A DNA stretch of 64,000 nt from an uncultured Arcobacter sp. (GTDB taxonomy: Bacteria > Campylobacterota > Campylobacteria > Campylobacterales > Arcobacteraceae), in the NCBI GenBank assembly GCA_965140705.1, contig OZ223301.1:1-64000 (forward strand). The letters are read 5' to 3'. Positions within the stretch are counted from its first letter, which is position 1. Each line of letters starts with the position of its first letter. The notes beneath the pieces were generated by a model that saw only the letters and a program-made list of their open reading frames with translations, had not been told where the DNA came from and made no database searches. A program made the position numbers and the translations under genes. This document shows, piece after piece, positions 37,625-46,268 of the stretch.

Positions 37625-39973
37625 ATGATTGGAGCACTATGGACAGGAATTTCAGGTCTATCAGCACAACAAAAAGCTTTAGACAATGAGTCACATAATA
37701 TAGCAAATGTTAATACTATAGGTTATAAATCATCAAGAATCTCTTTTGCTGATCAAATGTATCAAGATAAAATAGGAAAAGGTGCTAAAGTACAAGATGC
37801 TGAAAAACTTTACACTCAAGGTGGATTTAAAGACACTGGAGTAGCTTTTGATATGGCATTATCTGGAAGCGGTTTTTTTGTGGTAAGTAATAAAAGTTCA
37901 ACAGGAACTAGTGAAACTTATTATACAAGAGCTGGTAACTTTAGAATGGGTGATAATGGAACTTTGCAAGATGCAGCAGGGAATGAAGTCCAAGGTTGGG
38001 CTATGAATAATATTACTGAACAAGATAGATTATCAACTAATCCAAATATTAATGTTTTTACTAGTGCTTATACAGAACTTTTGACATCAAAAATAGTAAG
38101 TTTAAATAAATCAGTTGAAACATATACTGCAAAAGCTACAGATTATACTCAAACTGCAAGAAATGATGATACTACAGTTTACTCAGGATACGGACTTAAG
38201 AGTAGGGGATCAAAAATAGATGATGTAAAAGAGTTAATTAAAAACTATTCAGAGGCATTATCTGAATATCAAGATAATCCAGATGGCCCTTCTCAAAGTG
38301 CTATTGCCCAAAAAACTCAAATCAATTTTCTTGGTACTGATTTAACTAAAGAACAAGACTTGATATATGTATATATTAATGGTGATAAAATATCACAAGA
38401 ATATGTACCTAAAACTGCAAGAATGGCTGATGATGGTAGTAGAATGCTAACAGATGTGGAAGCTAGTCAAATAGCTACATATAAAGCTTTGGCTGATAAG
38501 ATTTCTGATAAAACAGGATATGTGGCTTATACAGTTACAGATGAGGATATTACTGGAACAACAGAAACTGGAAGTGCAGTAGACTCTTTTGAATCATTTG
38601 ATACTTTTACAAAAACTACAAAGGATTTAGATGTTTTACATGGGATGATTCAAATAGAATCAATGGTTCCTGGAAAAGAGTTTAAAATAACGGAAGTTGG
38701 AGAGTATTCTGGTTCATATGTTTATGGGTCTTTTAATGAAACAACAAGTGCTACAAAAGTTCAAGTAGGTAGTGGTCTTGGAGGTTTACAAAGTGCTAGA
38801 GATGCTTTAGCAAGAGCTATTACAGGTAATCAAAGAGATGTTTTTACTATGGATGAATTAAATTTAAATGGTACAGATTCATATACTTTTGATTTTAGTG
38901 TTTATGATAAGGATTTAGGAAGAACAATTAATTTTGGTTCAGCAATTAGTGTTAATCCAACAACAGATGTAGATACTGTTATTAAAAATCTTACTTCAGG
39001 GACATCAGTTTCAGTATCTAATTTTAACAAATACTTTACTGCTAAAAATATTAATGGTTCACTTGTTATTGAAGCAAAAGAATATGATGTAGAATTTAGT
39101 ACTGAATTATTTGCGAAAGCAGTATCTTATACAGTTGGAGCTACAACTTCAGCAAGTGGAACAAATTATGTTTTTAGTGGCAATGATGCATTATTAGCAA
39201 ATGGACAAACTAGTTTCAATATATCTGTTCCTGATGTAATTTTAAGTGATGGTACAGTTATAAGTGGAATAACTACAACAGGGGGAACTATAAATTCACC
39301 TAGGGATTTAGATACTCTTGCTGGAAAATTAAATGATTTATTTTCAAAAAATACAGCTACTAATACTAGTGGTAAAAGTGTATCAATGCCATATAATGCA
39401 ATTGTTGTTAATGGGAGTTTAGTTATTGAACAAACTTCAGGAGGAGCAACGTATCCAACTAATTTGACTATAAATAAAGTTGCAGGTGGTATTGATAAAA
39501 ATGCTGATGCTTCAGGTCGTAAAGGTACTGGAGCTGAATTTTTAGAGATAAAAACAACACTAGATCAAACTTCATCTCAAGATTCTCTTCAATTGAGGCT
39601 CGATACTCTTGGCATATCAGACTCCGGTTTTGGTGAATTCTCAGTTAATAGTGCAGGTTTAATCATAATGAAACAAGATGGTGCAGAATTTGCTATTGGG
39701 CAAGTTTCTATTGCATTATTTAATAATGAAAGAGGATTAAATCCAATGGGAGATAATCTTTTAGCAAAAACTACTCAAAGTGGTGAACCTACATTTAACG
39801 TGAATAATGATAGAACAGCTACTATTTTAGGTAAAAACTTAGAATTAAGTACTGCAAATTTAAGTGAAAGTTTAGTAAACTTAATGGTATTTCAAAGAGC
39901 ATTTGAGGCAAATGCTAAATCAATTACAACAGCAGATTCGCTGCTAACAACACTAATTCAGTTAAAACGATAA
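37625..39973 (+). CDS. flgE: Flagellar hook protein FlgE-like long paralogue
   Basis: SHNIANVNTIGYK, DMALSGSGFF, YYTRAGNF, LELSTANLSESLVNLMVFQRAFEANAK. Confidence 0.85.
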   Translation: MIGALWTGISGLSAQQKALDNESHNIANVNTIGYKSSRISFADQMYQDKIGKGAKVQDAEKLYTQGGFKDTGVAFDMALSGSGFFVVSNKSSTGTSETYYTRAGNFRMGDNGTLQDAAGNEVQGWAMNNITEQDRLSTNPNINVFTSAYTELLTSKIVSLNKSVETYTAKATDYTQTARNDDTTVYSGYGLKSRGSKIDDVKELIKNYSEALSEYQDNPDGPSQSAIAQKTQINFLGTDLTKEQDLIYVYINGDKISQEYVPKTARMADDGSRMLTDVEASQIATYKALADKISDKTGYVAYTVTDEDITGTTETGSAVDSFESFDTFTKTTKDLDVLHGMIQIESMVPGKEFKITEVGEYSGSYVYGSFNETTSATKVQVGSGLGGLQSARDALARAITGNQRDVFTMDELNLNGTDSYTFDFSVYDKDLGRTINFGSAISVNPTTDVDTVIKNLTSGTSVSVSNFNKYFTAKNINGSLVIEAKEYDVEFSTELFAKAVSYTVGATTSASGTNYVFSGNDALLANGQTSFNISVPDVILSDGTVISGITTTGGTINSPRDLDTLAGKLNDLFSKNTATNTSGKSVSMPYNAIVVNGSLVIEQTSGGATYPTNLTINKVAGGIDKNADASGRKGTGAEFLEIKTTLDQTSSQDSLQLRLDTLGISDSGFGEFSVNSAGLIIMKQDGAEFAIGQVSIALFNNERGLNPMGDNLLAKTTQSGEPTFNVNNDRTATILGKNLELSTANLSESLVNLMVFQRAFEANAKSITTADSLLTTLIQLKR

Positions 39974-39978
39974 TAAAT

Positions 39979-40008
39979 AAAATAGATAGATTTTTCTATC
40001 TATTTTTT
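39979..40008 (+). terminator. Intrinsic terminator after the long flgE
   Basis: aaaatagataga/tctatctatttt stem with T tail. Confidence 0.65.
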
Positions 40009-40021
40009 AAAGAGGTTAAAT

Positions 40022-40351
40022 TTGGAAAATTTTTTATTGATTTTGTTTTTATTAATAATGCTTTTATACTATTTTTCTACAACAAATGTATATAAATCAT
40101 TATATGTGAAAATTAATGAAGAAAAGAATATATTAGAAGAAGAAAAAAATAAATATACCCAATTAATGGAAAGATATAATAAACAAGTTATTGCACAAGA
40201 TGAAGCTTTGAAAAATACAGAAAATAATCTCTCTGTTGCAAGAAATGATTTAAGAGCTTCAAAACTTGAAAATAATGAGTTAAAACATCAAGTTGATAAA
40301 CTTAAAAAGAGGTCAGAAGAGCTCTATGCTCAAGTTAATACTATGATTTAA
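40022..40351 (+). CDS. Hypothetical protein, N-terminal TM plus coiled coil
   Basis: GAGG SD before TTG; hydrophobic first ~19 aa, then heptad-like charged helix. Confidence 0.7.
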   Translation: MENFLLILFLLIMLLYYFSTTNVYKSLYVKINEEKNILEEEKNKYTQLMERYNKQVIAQDEALKNTENNLSVARNDLRASKLENNELKHQVDKLKKRSEELYAQVNTMI

Positions 40352-40363
40352 TAGGAGCATGTT

Positions 40364-42382
40364 ATTAAACTAGCTATTTACAGAAAAAAAGTTTTACTTT
40401 TTTTCCTAATTATTATTTTTCAATTTAACTTACTTGCAGATGAAGATATTGCAAAAATAGAATCCCAACCTGATGTTTTGTTTAAATATAAAGATTTGAA
40501 AAAAAACCAAAAAACTATATCTCAACAAGTGGAGTTTAATAATGCTGTTCTTCTTTTGGAAAAAGGAGAATATTTAAAAGCCATTGATATTCTAAAAGAT
40601 ACTTCTAAATTCTTAAAAATACCATCATATTTAAATATAGGTATTGCATATTATAAATTAAATTCTATTCACAACGCAAAAGTGTACTTAGAGAGAATAT
40701 ATTCTTATGAAGCAGCTATTACAGAAGATACTTACTCATATATGTCTGCTTGTTATTATTTATACTTAATTTCAGATAATCAAAAGTTTTTAAAAAAAAT
40801 TATTCAATTAGCTAAAACAAAAAAAGATTTATCAGAACATTCAAAAAGATTAATTGCTGATACTTTTATAATTCTAAAAGATTATAAAATGGCACTTTCT
40901 CTTTTAGACACAATGGATTATGCTTCTGATTTTAAAAAGGGCTTATTATTAATCAAATTGAAAGATTATCAAAAGGCAGATATCTTACTAAAAAGTGCTT
41001 ATGAGAAAAGTGTTAATTTAACAAAAAAAGATCAAATTCTGTGGTTTATGGTTTTTAATAATTTAAAATCAAATAATCTTGAAAAATTAAATGACAATTT
41101 GGATTTGATACAAGAAAGAAAATCTTCATTTGAAGCTAATAAAGAATTAGAACTTAAAATGTTTTTTAATAAAAATAAATATACACCAGATGAATATTTT
41201 AAATTCATTACGAAATTTGATATAAATAGAAAAATTGACTATATTTATTATTTTGCACCATATATTTTCTCAGATAATGAAGAGATTATTTATGACTCTA
41301 CTAAGGGTTTTATTTTTAAAGATAAAACTAGCTTAGATAATTTAGATAGCATGATTTCTTATAATGCTTCATTTTTAAAGCTTATTAAAAAAGATCCTAT
41401 ACAAAAAGTTGTTGAACTAAAAAAAATGTTAAATAAAGATACTAAGTCATATATTTATTATAATTTAGCACTATCTTATGCCCAAATAGATGATTTTTAT
41501 AATGCTTTGAAATATTTTAAACAAGCAACAAAACTTAACCCTGGAAATAAACTATATGCAGCAATGACATTAATTACTGCAATTCGTTCTAATACTACAA
41601 TTAGCGATAAAGATTATTTAGAAACCAATATCAAATTGAAAAAAGGTATGTACCAATATTTTGGACAAAAGATTTATAATTTAATAATAAATGATAAAAT
41701 TGGAACTTCAGTAGAACCAAAACATTATTCAAAAACTATTTTTTACAAAGCTTTAGATTTTTTGCCAAAATTTACTACTGGAACAGCAACTTTAGATGAT
41801 CCTTTAATAAAAGATGATTTTAAAGAACCATTTACTTTTTTACTAAAAGAGGTTATAAAACGAAAAAATGAGAACGATTTTGCTTATTTTTCAAGATTGC
41901 AAGATACTGTTCCTTTAAAAATTAACAACAATTTTCTTGATGGTTCAATATTAATTACCCAATATTATATAGATTTATTAAAAGCATTGGGTTTATTTGA
42001 TAAAGCAGATTTTAGTATGGAAAGTAATATTACCCCAACATACTTAAGAACAAAAGCTTTAAAGTTATTACATGATGGTTATCCCAAAAAGGCCTTAAAA
42101 CTTATAGAAACTTTACAAAGTGAGTATAAGCTTGAAGATAAATATACTATGTATTTAGTTGTAGCTTGTTATTTAGATGACAATAGATATAACGATGCAT
42201 CTGTTCAAATCTCTCTAATAAAGGGATTGTTAAATGATAGTGATGCAGATTTTTTAACAGGTGTTCAATTAGTTCAAGAGCTGAAAATAAATAGTGCAAA
42301 ACAATTCTTTTTGAAACCTTATTTGGATGATATGATTGATTTTAAGATAGAAGGTTTTGATAAATTTTTAGAAAGTCTCTAA
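40364..42382 (+). CDS. Exported TPR-repeat protein (possible flagellar scaffold, PflA/PflB-like); probable ATT start
   Basis: TPR motifs (YLNIGIAYYKL, YYNLALSYAQIDDFYNALKYFKQATKLNP). The frame is open upstream of the listed TTG 40478 through a signal peptide to ATT 40364, 6 nt after AGGAG. Confidence 0.7.
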   Translation: MKLAIYRKKVLLFFLIIIFQFNLLADEDIAKIESQPDVLFKYKDLKKNQKTISQQVEFNNAVLLLEKGEYLKAIDILKDTSKFLKIPSYLNIGIAYYKLNSIHNAKVYLERIYSYEAAITEDTYSYMSACYYLYLISDNQKFLKKIIQLAKTKKDLSEHSKRLIADTFIILKDYKMALSLLDTMDYASDFKKGLLLIKLKDYQKADILLKSAYEKSVNLTKKDQILWFMVFNNLKSNNLEKLNDNLDLIQERKSSFEANKELELKMFFNKNKYTPDEYFKFITKFDINRKIDYIYYFAPYIFSDNEEIIYDSTKGFIFKDKTSLDNLDSMISYNASFLKLIKKDPIQKVVELKKMLNKDTKSYIYYNLALSYAQIDDFYNALKYFKQATKLNPGNKLYAAMTLITAIRSNTTISDKDYLETNIKLKKGMYQYFGQKIYNLIINDKIGTSVEPKHYSKTIFYKALDFLPKFTTGTATLDDPLIKDDFKEPFTFLLKEVIKRKNENDFAYFSRLQDTVPLKINNNFLDGSILITQYYIDLLKALGLFDKADFSMESNITPTYLRTKALKLLHDGYPKKALKLIETLQSEYKLEDKYTMYLVVACYLDDNRYNDASVQISLIKGLLNDSDADFLTGVQLVQELKINSAKQFFLKPYLDDMIDFKIEGFDKFLESL

Positions 42383-42445
42383 TTTTTTATTAATTTAAAT
42401 TTTTTTAGATATAATATTTTAAATTGAATTGATAAAGGAGAAGCT

Positions 42446-42763
42446 ATGGAAATTGGTAGATTACCTGAAATCGACGCTGCAAAAGCTAATCATGAAATTA
42501 AGATTCAGAAAGTACAAGAAGTTGATGAGAAAGACAAAATTGTTCCTGATGAAAAATATAAAAATGCAAAAGTAAATGAGCAAAGTGATAAACTAAACGA
42601 AGTTGTTTTGGATAATGTAAAGTTTGGCTACAATAAAGATACAAAAGACTTCTTTGTAAAAGTTACAAGGGGTAATGCTGAATTTAAATATCCAACAGAA
42701 GATATGATGAAAGTAAAAGCTCATTTACATGAGTTAGTAGATAATTTAAATAAAAATAATTAA
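42446..42763 (+). CDS. flaG: FlaG-like flagellar protein
   Basis: VKFGYNKDTKDFFVKV...YPTEDMMK resembles the FlaG core; own TATAAT at 42410-42415 and AAGGAG SD. Confidence 0.6.
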   Translation: MEIGRLPEIDAAKANHEIKIQKVQEVDEKDKIVPDEKYKNAKVNEQSDKLNEVVLDNVKFGYNKDTKDFFVKVTRGNAEFKYPTEDMMKVKAHLHELVDNLNKNN

Positions 42764-42776
42764 TTAAGGTTTAGCT

Positions 42777-43661
42777 TTGGCATCAGATTTATCAAATATT
42801 TTAAGGGATGAACTATCTAATACTTTAGAACAGTTACTCTCTCAACCGACCAAATGTGAAAATGTTGAAAAAGCTGACTTTTCTAAAGTTGATTCTTCTC
42901 AATGTGTTGAAATTGATGTTAAGTTTGAATTTAAAAATATTTCATCGACTTGGAATTTTTTTATTCCAACTTCTAGTGCAGCAAGATTTGAATACTTAAT
43001 GCTTGGTGGAACAGGAGATTTAAAAGAACATATTGATGATGAAGTAACAGATGCAATAAATGAGATAGTCTCTAATATATGCGGAAGTATTTCAACATCG
43101 GTAAATGCTCAAGGCTTTCCTGATATTTCTGGACTCAAGCATGAAATTCTTGGTTCAAAAATTATTGAATGTAATGGGAAAGAGAATGATGATAATACCT
43201 ATTCATTTAAATTAAATTTGGATAATAAAACGTCTGAAATAATTATCACTTTTGATGATGTTATGCTTCCTTTTCTTTCTGAAATAACAGGAAATGAAGC
43301 AAGTACTGTTACAACTGGGAATAGTGCATCTTCTGAAAATTTCTCATCTTTACAAACTTCTACTGGAATTGATTCTTTATTGTCTGATGAATCCTCAAAA
43401 AATCTTAAACTTCTTTTTGATATAAAGTTAAAGCTAAGTGTTCGACTTGGAACGAAACTATTTTTATTAAAAGATATCTTGAAGTGGGATATTGGTGAAA
43501 TTATAGAATTAGAACAAATGGTAAATGAACCTTTAGATATTTTAGTGAATGGAATTAAAATAGGAGAAGGTGAAGCAGTTATTGTTGAAGGAAAATTTGG
43601 TTTAAAAATTAAGAGTATTGGAAATGACTCATCACGGTTAAGTCAATTAGGGTTAGGATAA
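42777..43661 (+). CDS. fliY: Flagellar switch protein FliY (CheC-like plus FliN domain)
   Basis: DAINEIVSNICGS CheC-like region; C-terminal NLKLLFDIKL.LSVRLG, EPLDILVNG, GEAVIVEGKFG. Confidence 0.82.
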   Translation: MASDLSNILRDELSNTLEQLLSQPTKCENVEKADFSKVDSSQCVEIDVKFEFKNISSTWNFFIPTSSAARFEYLMLGGTGDLKEHIDDEVTDAINEIVSNICGSISTSVNAQGFPDISGLKHEILGSKIIECNGKENDDNTYSFKLNLDNKTSEIIITFDDVMLPFLSEITGNEASTVTTGNSASSENFSSLQTSTGIDSLLSDESSKNLKLLFDIKLKLSVRLGTKLFLLKDILKWDIGEIIELEQMVNEPLDILVNGIKIGEGEAVIVEGKFGLKIKSIGNDSSRLSQLGLG

Positions 43662-43664
43662 AAT

Positions 43665-44420
43665 ATGGATAAGAGTACAGTCGGAGGATTAGCTGCTGGT
43701 TGGGGGCTGATTTGTCTTGCAATTATTTTAGGTGGAGTTGGGTTCGGTCCATACATTGATATACCTTCAGTTGCTATTGTATTTGGGGGAACCATTGCTG
43801 TAACTGCAGGTCAATTTCAGCCAAGTGAACTAAAAAGAGTTGGTGCTGGGTTTAAAATTGCAATAAATGAGTCAAAAGTTGAGCCTCTTCCTGAGTTAAT
43901 AGAAAAGATTATTTTTTATGCAACTGAGGTAAAAAAACATGGTGTTATGCAAATAGAACAAAAAGTCTTAACAGAACCAAATGCTTTTTTTAAAGAGGCC
44001 TTTCAATTATTGGTAGATGGTACAAAGCCTGATGTATTGGTACCTTTGTTAGAGTTAAAATTAGAGCATATGGATAAAAGACATAGTTCTTTAATAAGTG
44101 TTTTTTCAAGTATTGGTGGTACAGCTGGTTCTATGGGAATGATTGGAACACTTATTGGACTTGTTGCTATGCTTGCAAATCTTTCTGATCCGGCTGCTGT
44201 TGGTCCTGCAATGGCTGTTGCTTTGATTACAACACTGTATGGTGCATTAATAGGTACTTTAATAGCTGGATTAGTTGAAACAAAATTAGATCAAAAGCAT
44301 AAAAGTGAAGTGACAGCATGTGAAGTAATAATAACTGGGACTTCAATGATTTCAGCAGAAGAGTCTATAGGTAATATTAAAATGAAACTAAATGCAATAT
44401 TAGTTGATTCTCCTCAATGA
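43665..44420 (+). CDS. motA: Flagellar stator A subunit (PomA-like)
   Basis: IVFGGT, LLVDG, GMIGTLIGLVAML, GPAMAVALITTLYG. Confidence 0.93.
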   Translation: MDKSTVGGLAAGWGLICLAIILGGVGFGPYIDIPSVAIVFGGTIAVTAGQFQPSELKRVGAGFKIAINESKVEPLPELIEKIIFYATEVKKHGVMQIEQKVLTEPNAFFKEAFQLLVDGTKPDVLVPLLELKLEHMDKRHSSLISVFSSIGGTAGSMGMIGTLIGLVAMLANLSDPAAVGPAMAVALITTLYGALIGTLIAGLVETKLDQKHKSEVTACEVIITGTSMISAEESIGNIKMKLNAILVDSPQ

Positions 44421-44432
44421 TAGAGTATAAAA

Positions 44433-45203
44433 ATGGCTGATAAAAAATGTCCTGAATGTCCAAAATGTTTACCAGGTTGGTTAGTACAATTTGGTGACCT
44501 AATGTCATTATTACTTACTTTCTTTATTCTTTTATTATCTATGGCAGTAATGGATAAAAAGAAAGTAGAAGAGTATTTTGATATAATGAGAAAAGCAATG
44601 GGCTTTTTGGATCAAACGCAAGATACTGTAAAAAGGGATGAGTCAACTAATACATCAAAAGATGCTTCAAATGATGCAGATAGTACAGCACAAGATACAG
44701 CTTCTGCTGCAGATGAGATGAACCAGATTGCTCAAGAAGTTAATGAGCAAGTTTCAAATCAAAGTGAGCAAGTACAAATTACTGAGGGGAATAATGAATT
44801 TACTTTAGATATTCCTTCTTCAATTATGTTTAATGAAGGAGAATATAACTTATCAAATAAGTCAGCAAAAAATTTTATTTCTAAAATTGCAAGAGTAATT
44901 AGAACTATGCCTCAAACATTTGATATAGAGATCATAGGATATACTGATAGAAGTAATTTTAAAAGTGATACTATACCAAGGGATGGCTGGGATCTTTCTG
45001 CATTAAGAGCTATTTCAGTAGTAAAAGAATTAATTAAAAATCGTATAGATCCTGCACAATTGAAGGTTTCTGCATATAGCTCATATAGACCAAAAAGTGA
45101 AAATGCAGTAGAAAATAGAAGAGTTGAAATAAGATTTGTTTCTGCAACAGAGCAGAAAAATATATTAGAAAAAGAAAATTTCTTTGATAGGTTAGAACAA
45201 TGA
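44433..45203 (+). CDS. motB: Flagellar stator B subunit (PomB/MotS-like TM)
   Basis: WLVQFGDLMSLLLTFFILLLSM TM with conserved Asp; OmpA-like GYTD, WDLSALRA, NRRVEI. Confidence 0.93.
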   Translation: MADKKCPECPKCLPGWLVQFGDLMSLLLTFFILLLSMAVMDKKKVEEYFDIMRKAMGFLDQTQDTVKRDESTNTSKDASNDADSTAQDTASAADEMNQIAQEVNEQVSNQSEQVQITEGNNEFTLDIPSSIMFNEGEYNLSNKSAKNFISKIARVIRTMPQTFDIEIIGYTDRSNFKSDTIPRDGWDLSALRAISVVKELIKNRIDPAQLKVSAYSSYRPKSENAVENRRVEIRFVSATEQKNILEKENFFDRLEQ

Positions 45204-45493
45204 TGGATTTAACAAACAATGTTGATGTATCAACATTAAACCAAAAAAAATTTGATAATGTAAATACTAAAAATTTAAATGACAAAAAATTAAAAGAAGT
45301 ATGTGATAATTTTGAGTCATTTTTCTTAAAAGAAATTATGGACGTTTCTCTAAAGTCTTCTCCAATAGCAGGTGAAGGAGCAGGATCTGACATAATTAAA
45401 GGAATGTACACTGATGCAATTTCAAATGATGTTGCAGGTGGAATGGGTATTAGTGAGATGTTGTATGAATTTTTGAGTAAAAAAAATAGTTAA
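45200..45493 (+). CDS. flgJ: Rod-binding domain protein (single-domain FlgJ-like)
   Basis: LKEVCDNFESFFLKEIM, GMGISEMLYEFL. Confidence 0.75.
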   Translation: MMDLTNNVDVSTLNQKKFDNVNTKNLNDKKLKEVCDNFESFFLKEIMDVSLKSSPIAGEGAGSDIIKGMYTDAISNDVAGGMGISEMLYEFLSKKNS

Positions 45494-45505
45494 ATAGGCA
45501 ATAAC

Positions 45506-45883
45506 ATGATTAAAAATATTACAGATGAAATGAGTTCTTTAGTTATAAAAATGAAAGATTTAATAAATAGTGATATTGAAGATATAAAAGCTGCACATCA
45601 TGAAAAACTTTTGGATAGAAATGATGATAAACAAAAGTATATGGATAGAATAATTGAGTTAAGAAAAAACTTAAATGATGAGTTAGTGCTTAAAATGCAA
45701 GATGGTGTTGATATCAATGCTTATAGAGATGATGTTGATGCTTTAGAACAAGAGTTAAATGAATTACATGTTTTAAATGCAAAACTAGCTTCTATTGTTC
45801 TTCCTATTCAACAAATGTATAAAGATATAGTTGAGGAATTAACAAGTCATAGTGGGGGAAATATAGTTGAAATTAAAGTTTAG
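45506..45883 (+). CDS. FlgN-like flagellar export chaperone
   Basis: 125-aa all-helical protein (DIEDIKAAHHEKL, ELHVLNAKLA) after the flgJ-like gene. Confidence 0.5.
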   Translation: MIKNITDEMSSLVIKMKDLINSDIEDIKAAHHEKLLDRNDDKQKYMDRIIELRKNLNDELVLKMQDGVDINAYRDDVDALEQELNELHVLNAKLASIVLPIQQMYKDIVEELTSHSGGNIVEIKV

Positions 45884-46268
45884 TATATTTAGTATATTTT
45901 TTCTTTTTGTGCTAAAACTTTTTTCATATGAAGTTATTATTGCAAAAATTGATATTCCTTTTAGAACTGCATTAACTCCATCTAATGTGGCTATTTTGCA
46001 AATAGAAAAACTACCTGATAATTGTAAGCCTATTAGTTTAAAAGAATTAAAAGAAAAAAAGTATTTTACAAGTAAATATTTGCAAAAAGATAAAATTATT
46101 TGTCATAGCGATTTGAAAAAAGAAGAACCCAAAAGAATTATATTTAATTTTGGATCAATACAAATTGAGACACCAGGTAAAATAATTTATGAAAATGATG
46201 AATATATAAAAATAAGAAAAGAGAATGGAAAAGTAGAAAAAATATATAAAGATGGAAGAGATAAATGA
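45867..46268 (+). CDS. Short exported SAF-domain protein, FlgA-like
   Basis: Signal peptide; VIIAKIDIP...LTPSNV and SKYLQKDKII.HSDL resemble SAF; IQIETPGK..IKIR resembles the FlgA C-domain. Confidence 0.5.
   Translation: MKLKFSIFSIFFLFVLKLFSYEVIIAKIDIPFRTALTPSNVAILQIEKLPDNCKPISLKELKEKKYFTSKYLQKDKIICHSDLKKEEPKRIIFNFGSIQIETPGKIIYENDEYIKIRKENGKVEKIYKDGRDK

Noticed and set aside
40359..40373. ATG 40359 as start of the TPR gene or a regulatory uORF
   Set aside because: Out of frame, only 1 nt from the SD, and stops after 4 codons; a minor regulatory role cannot be excluded
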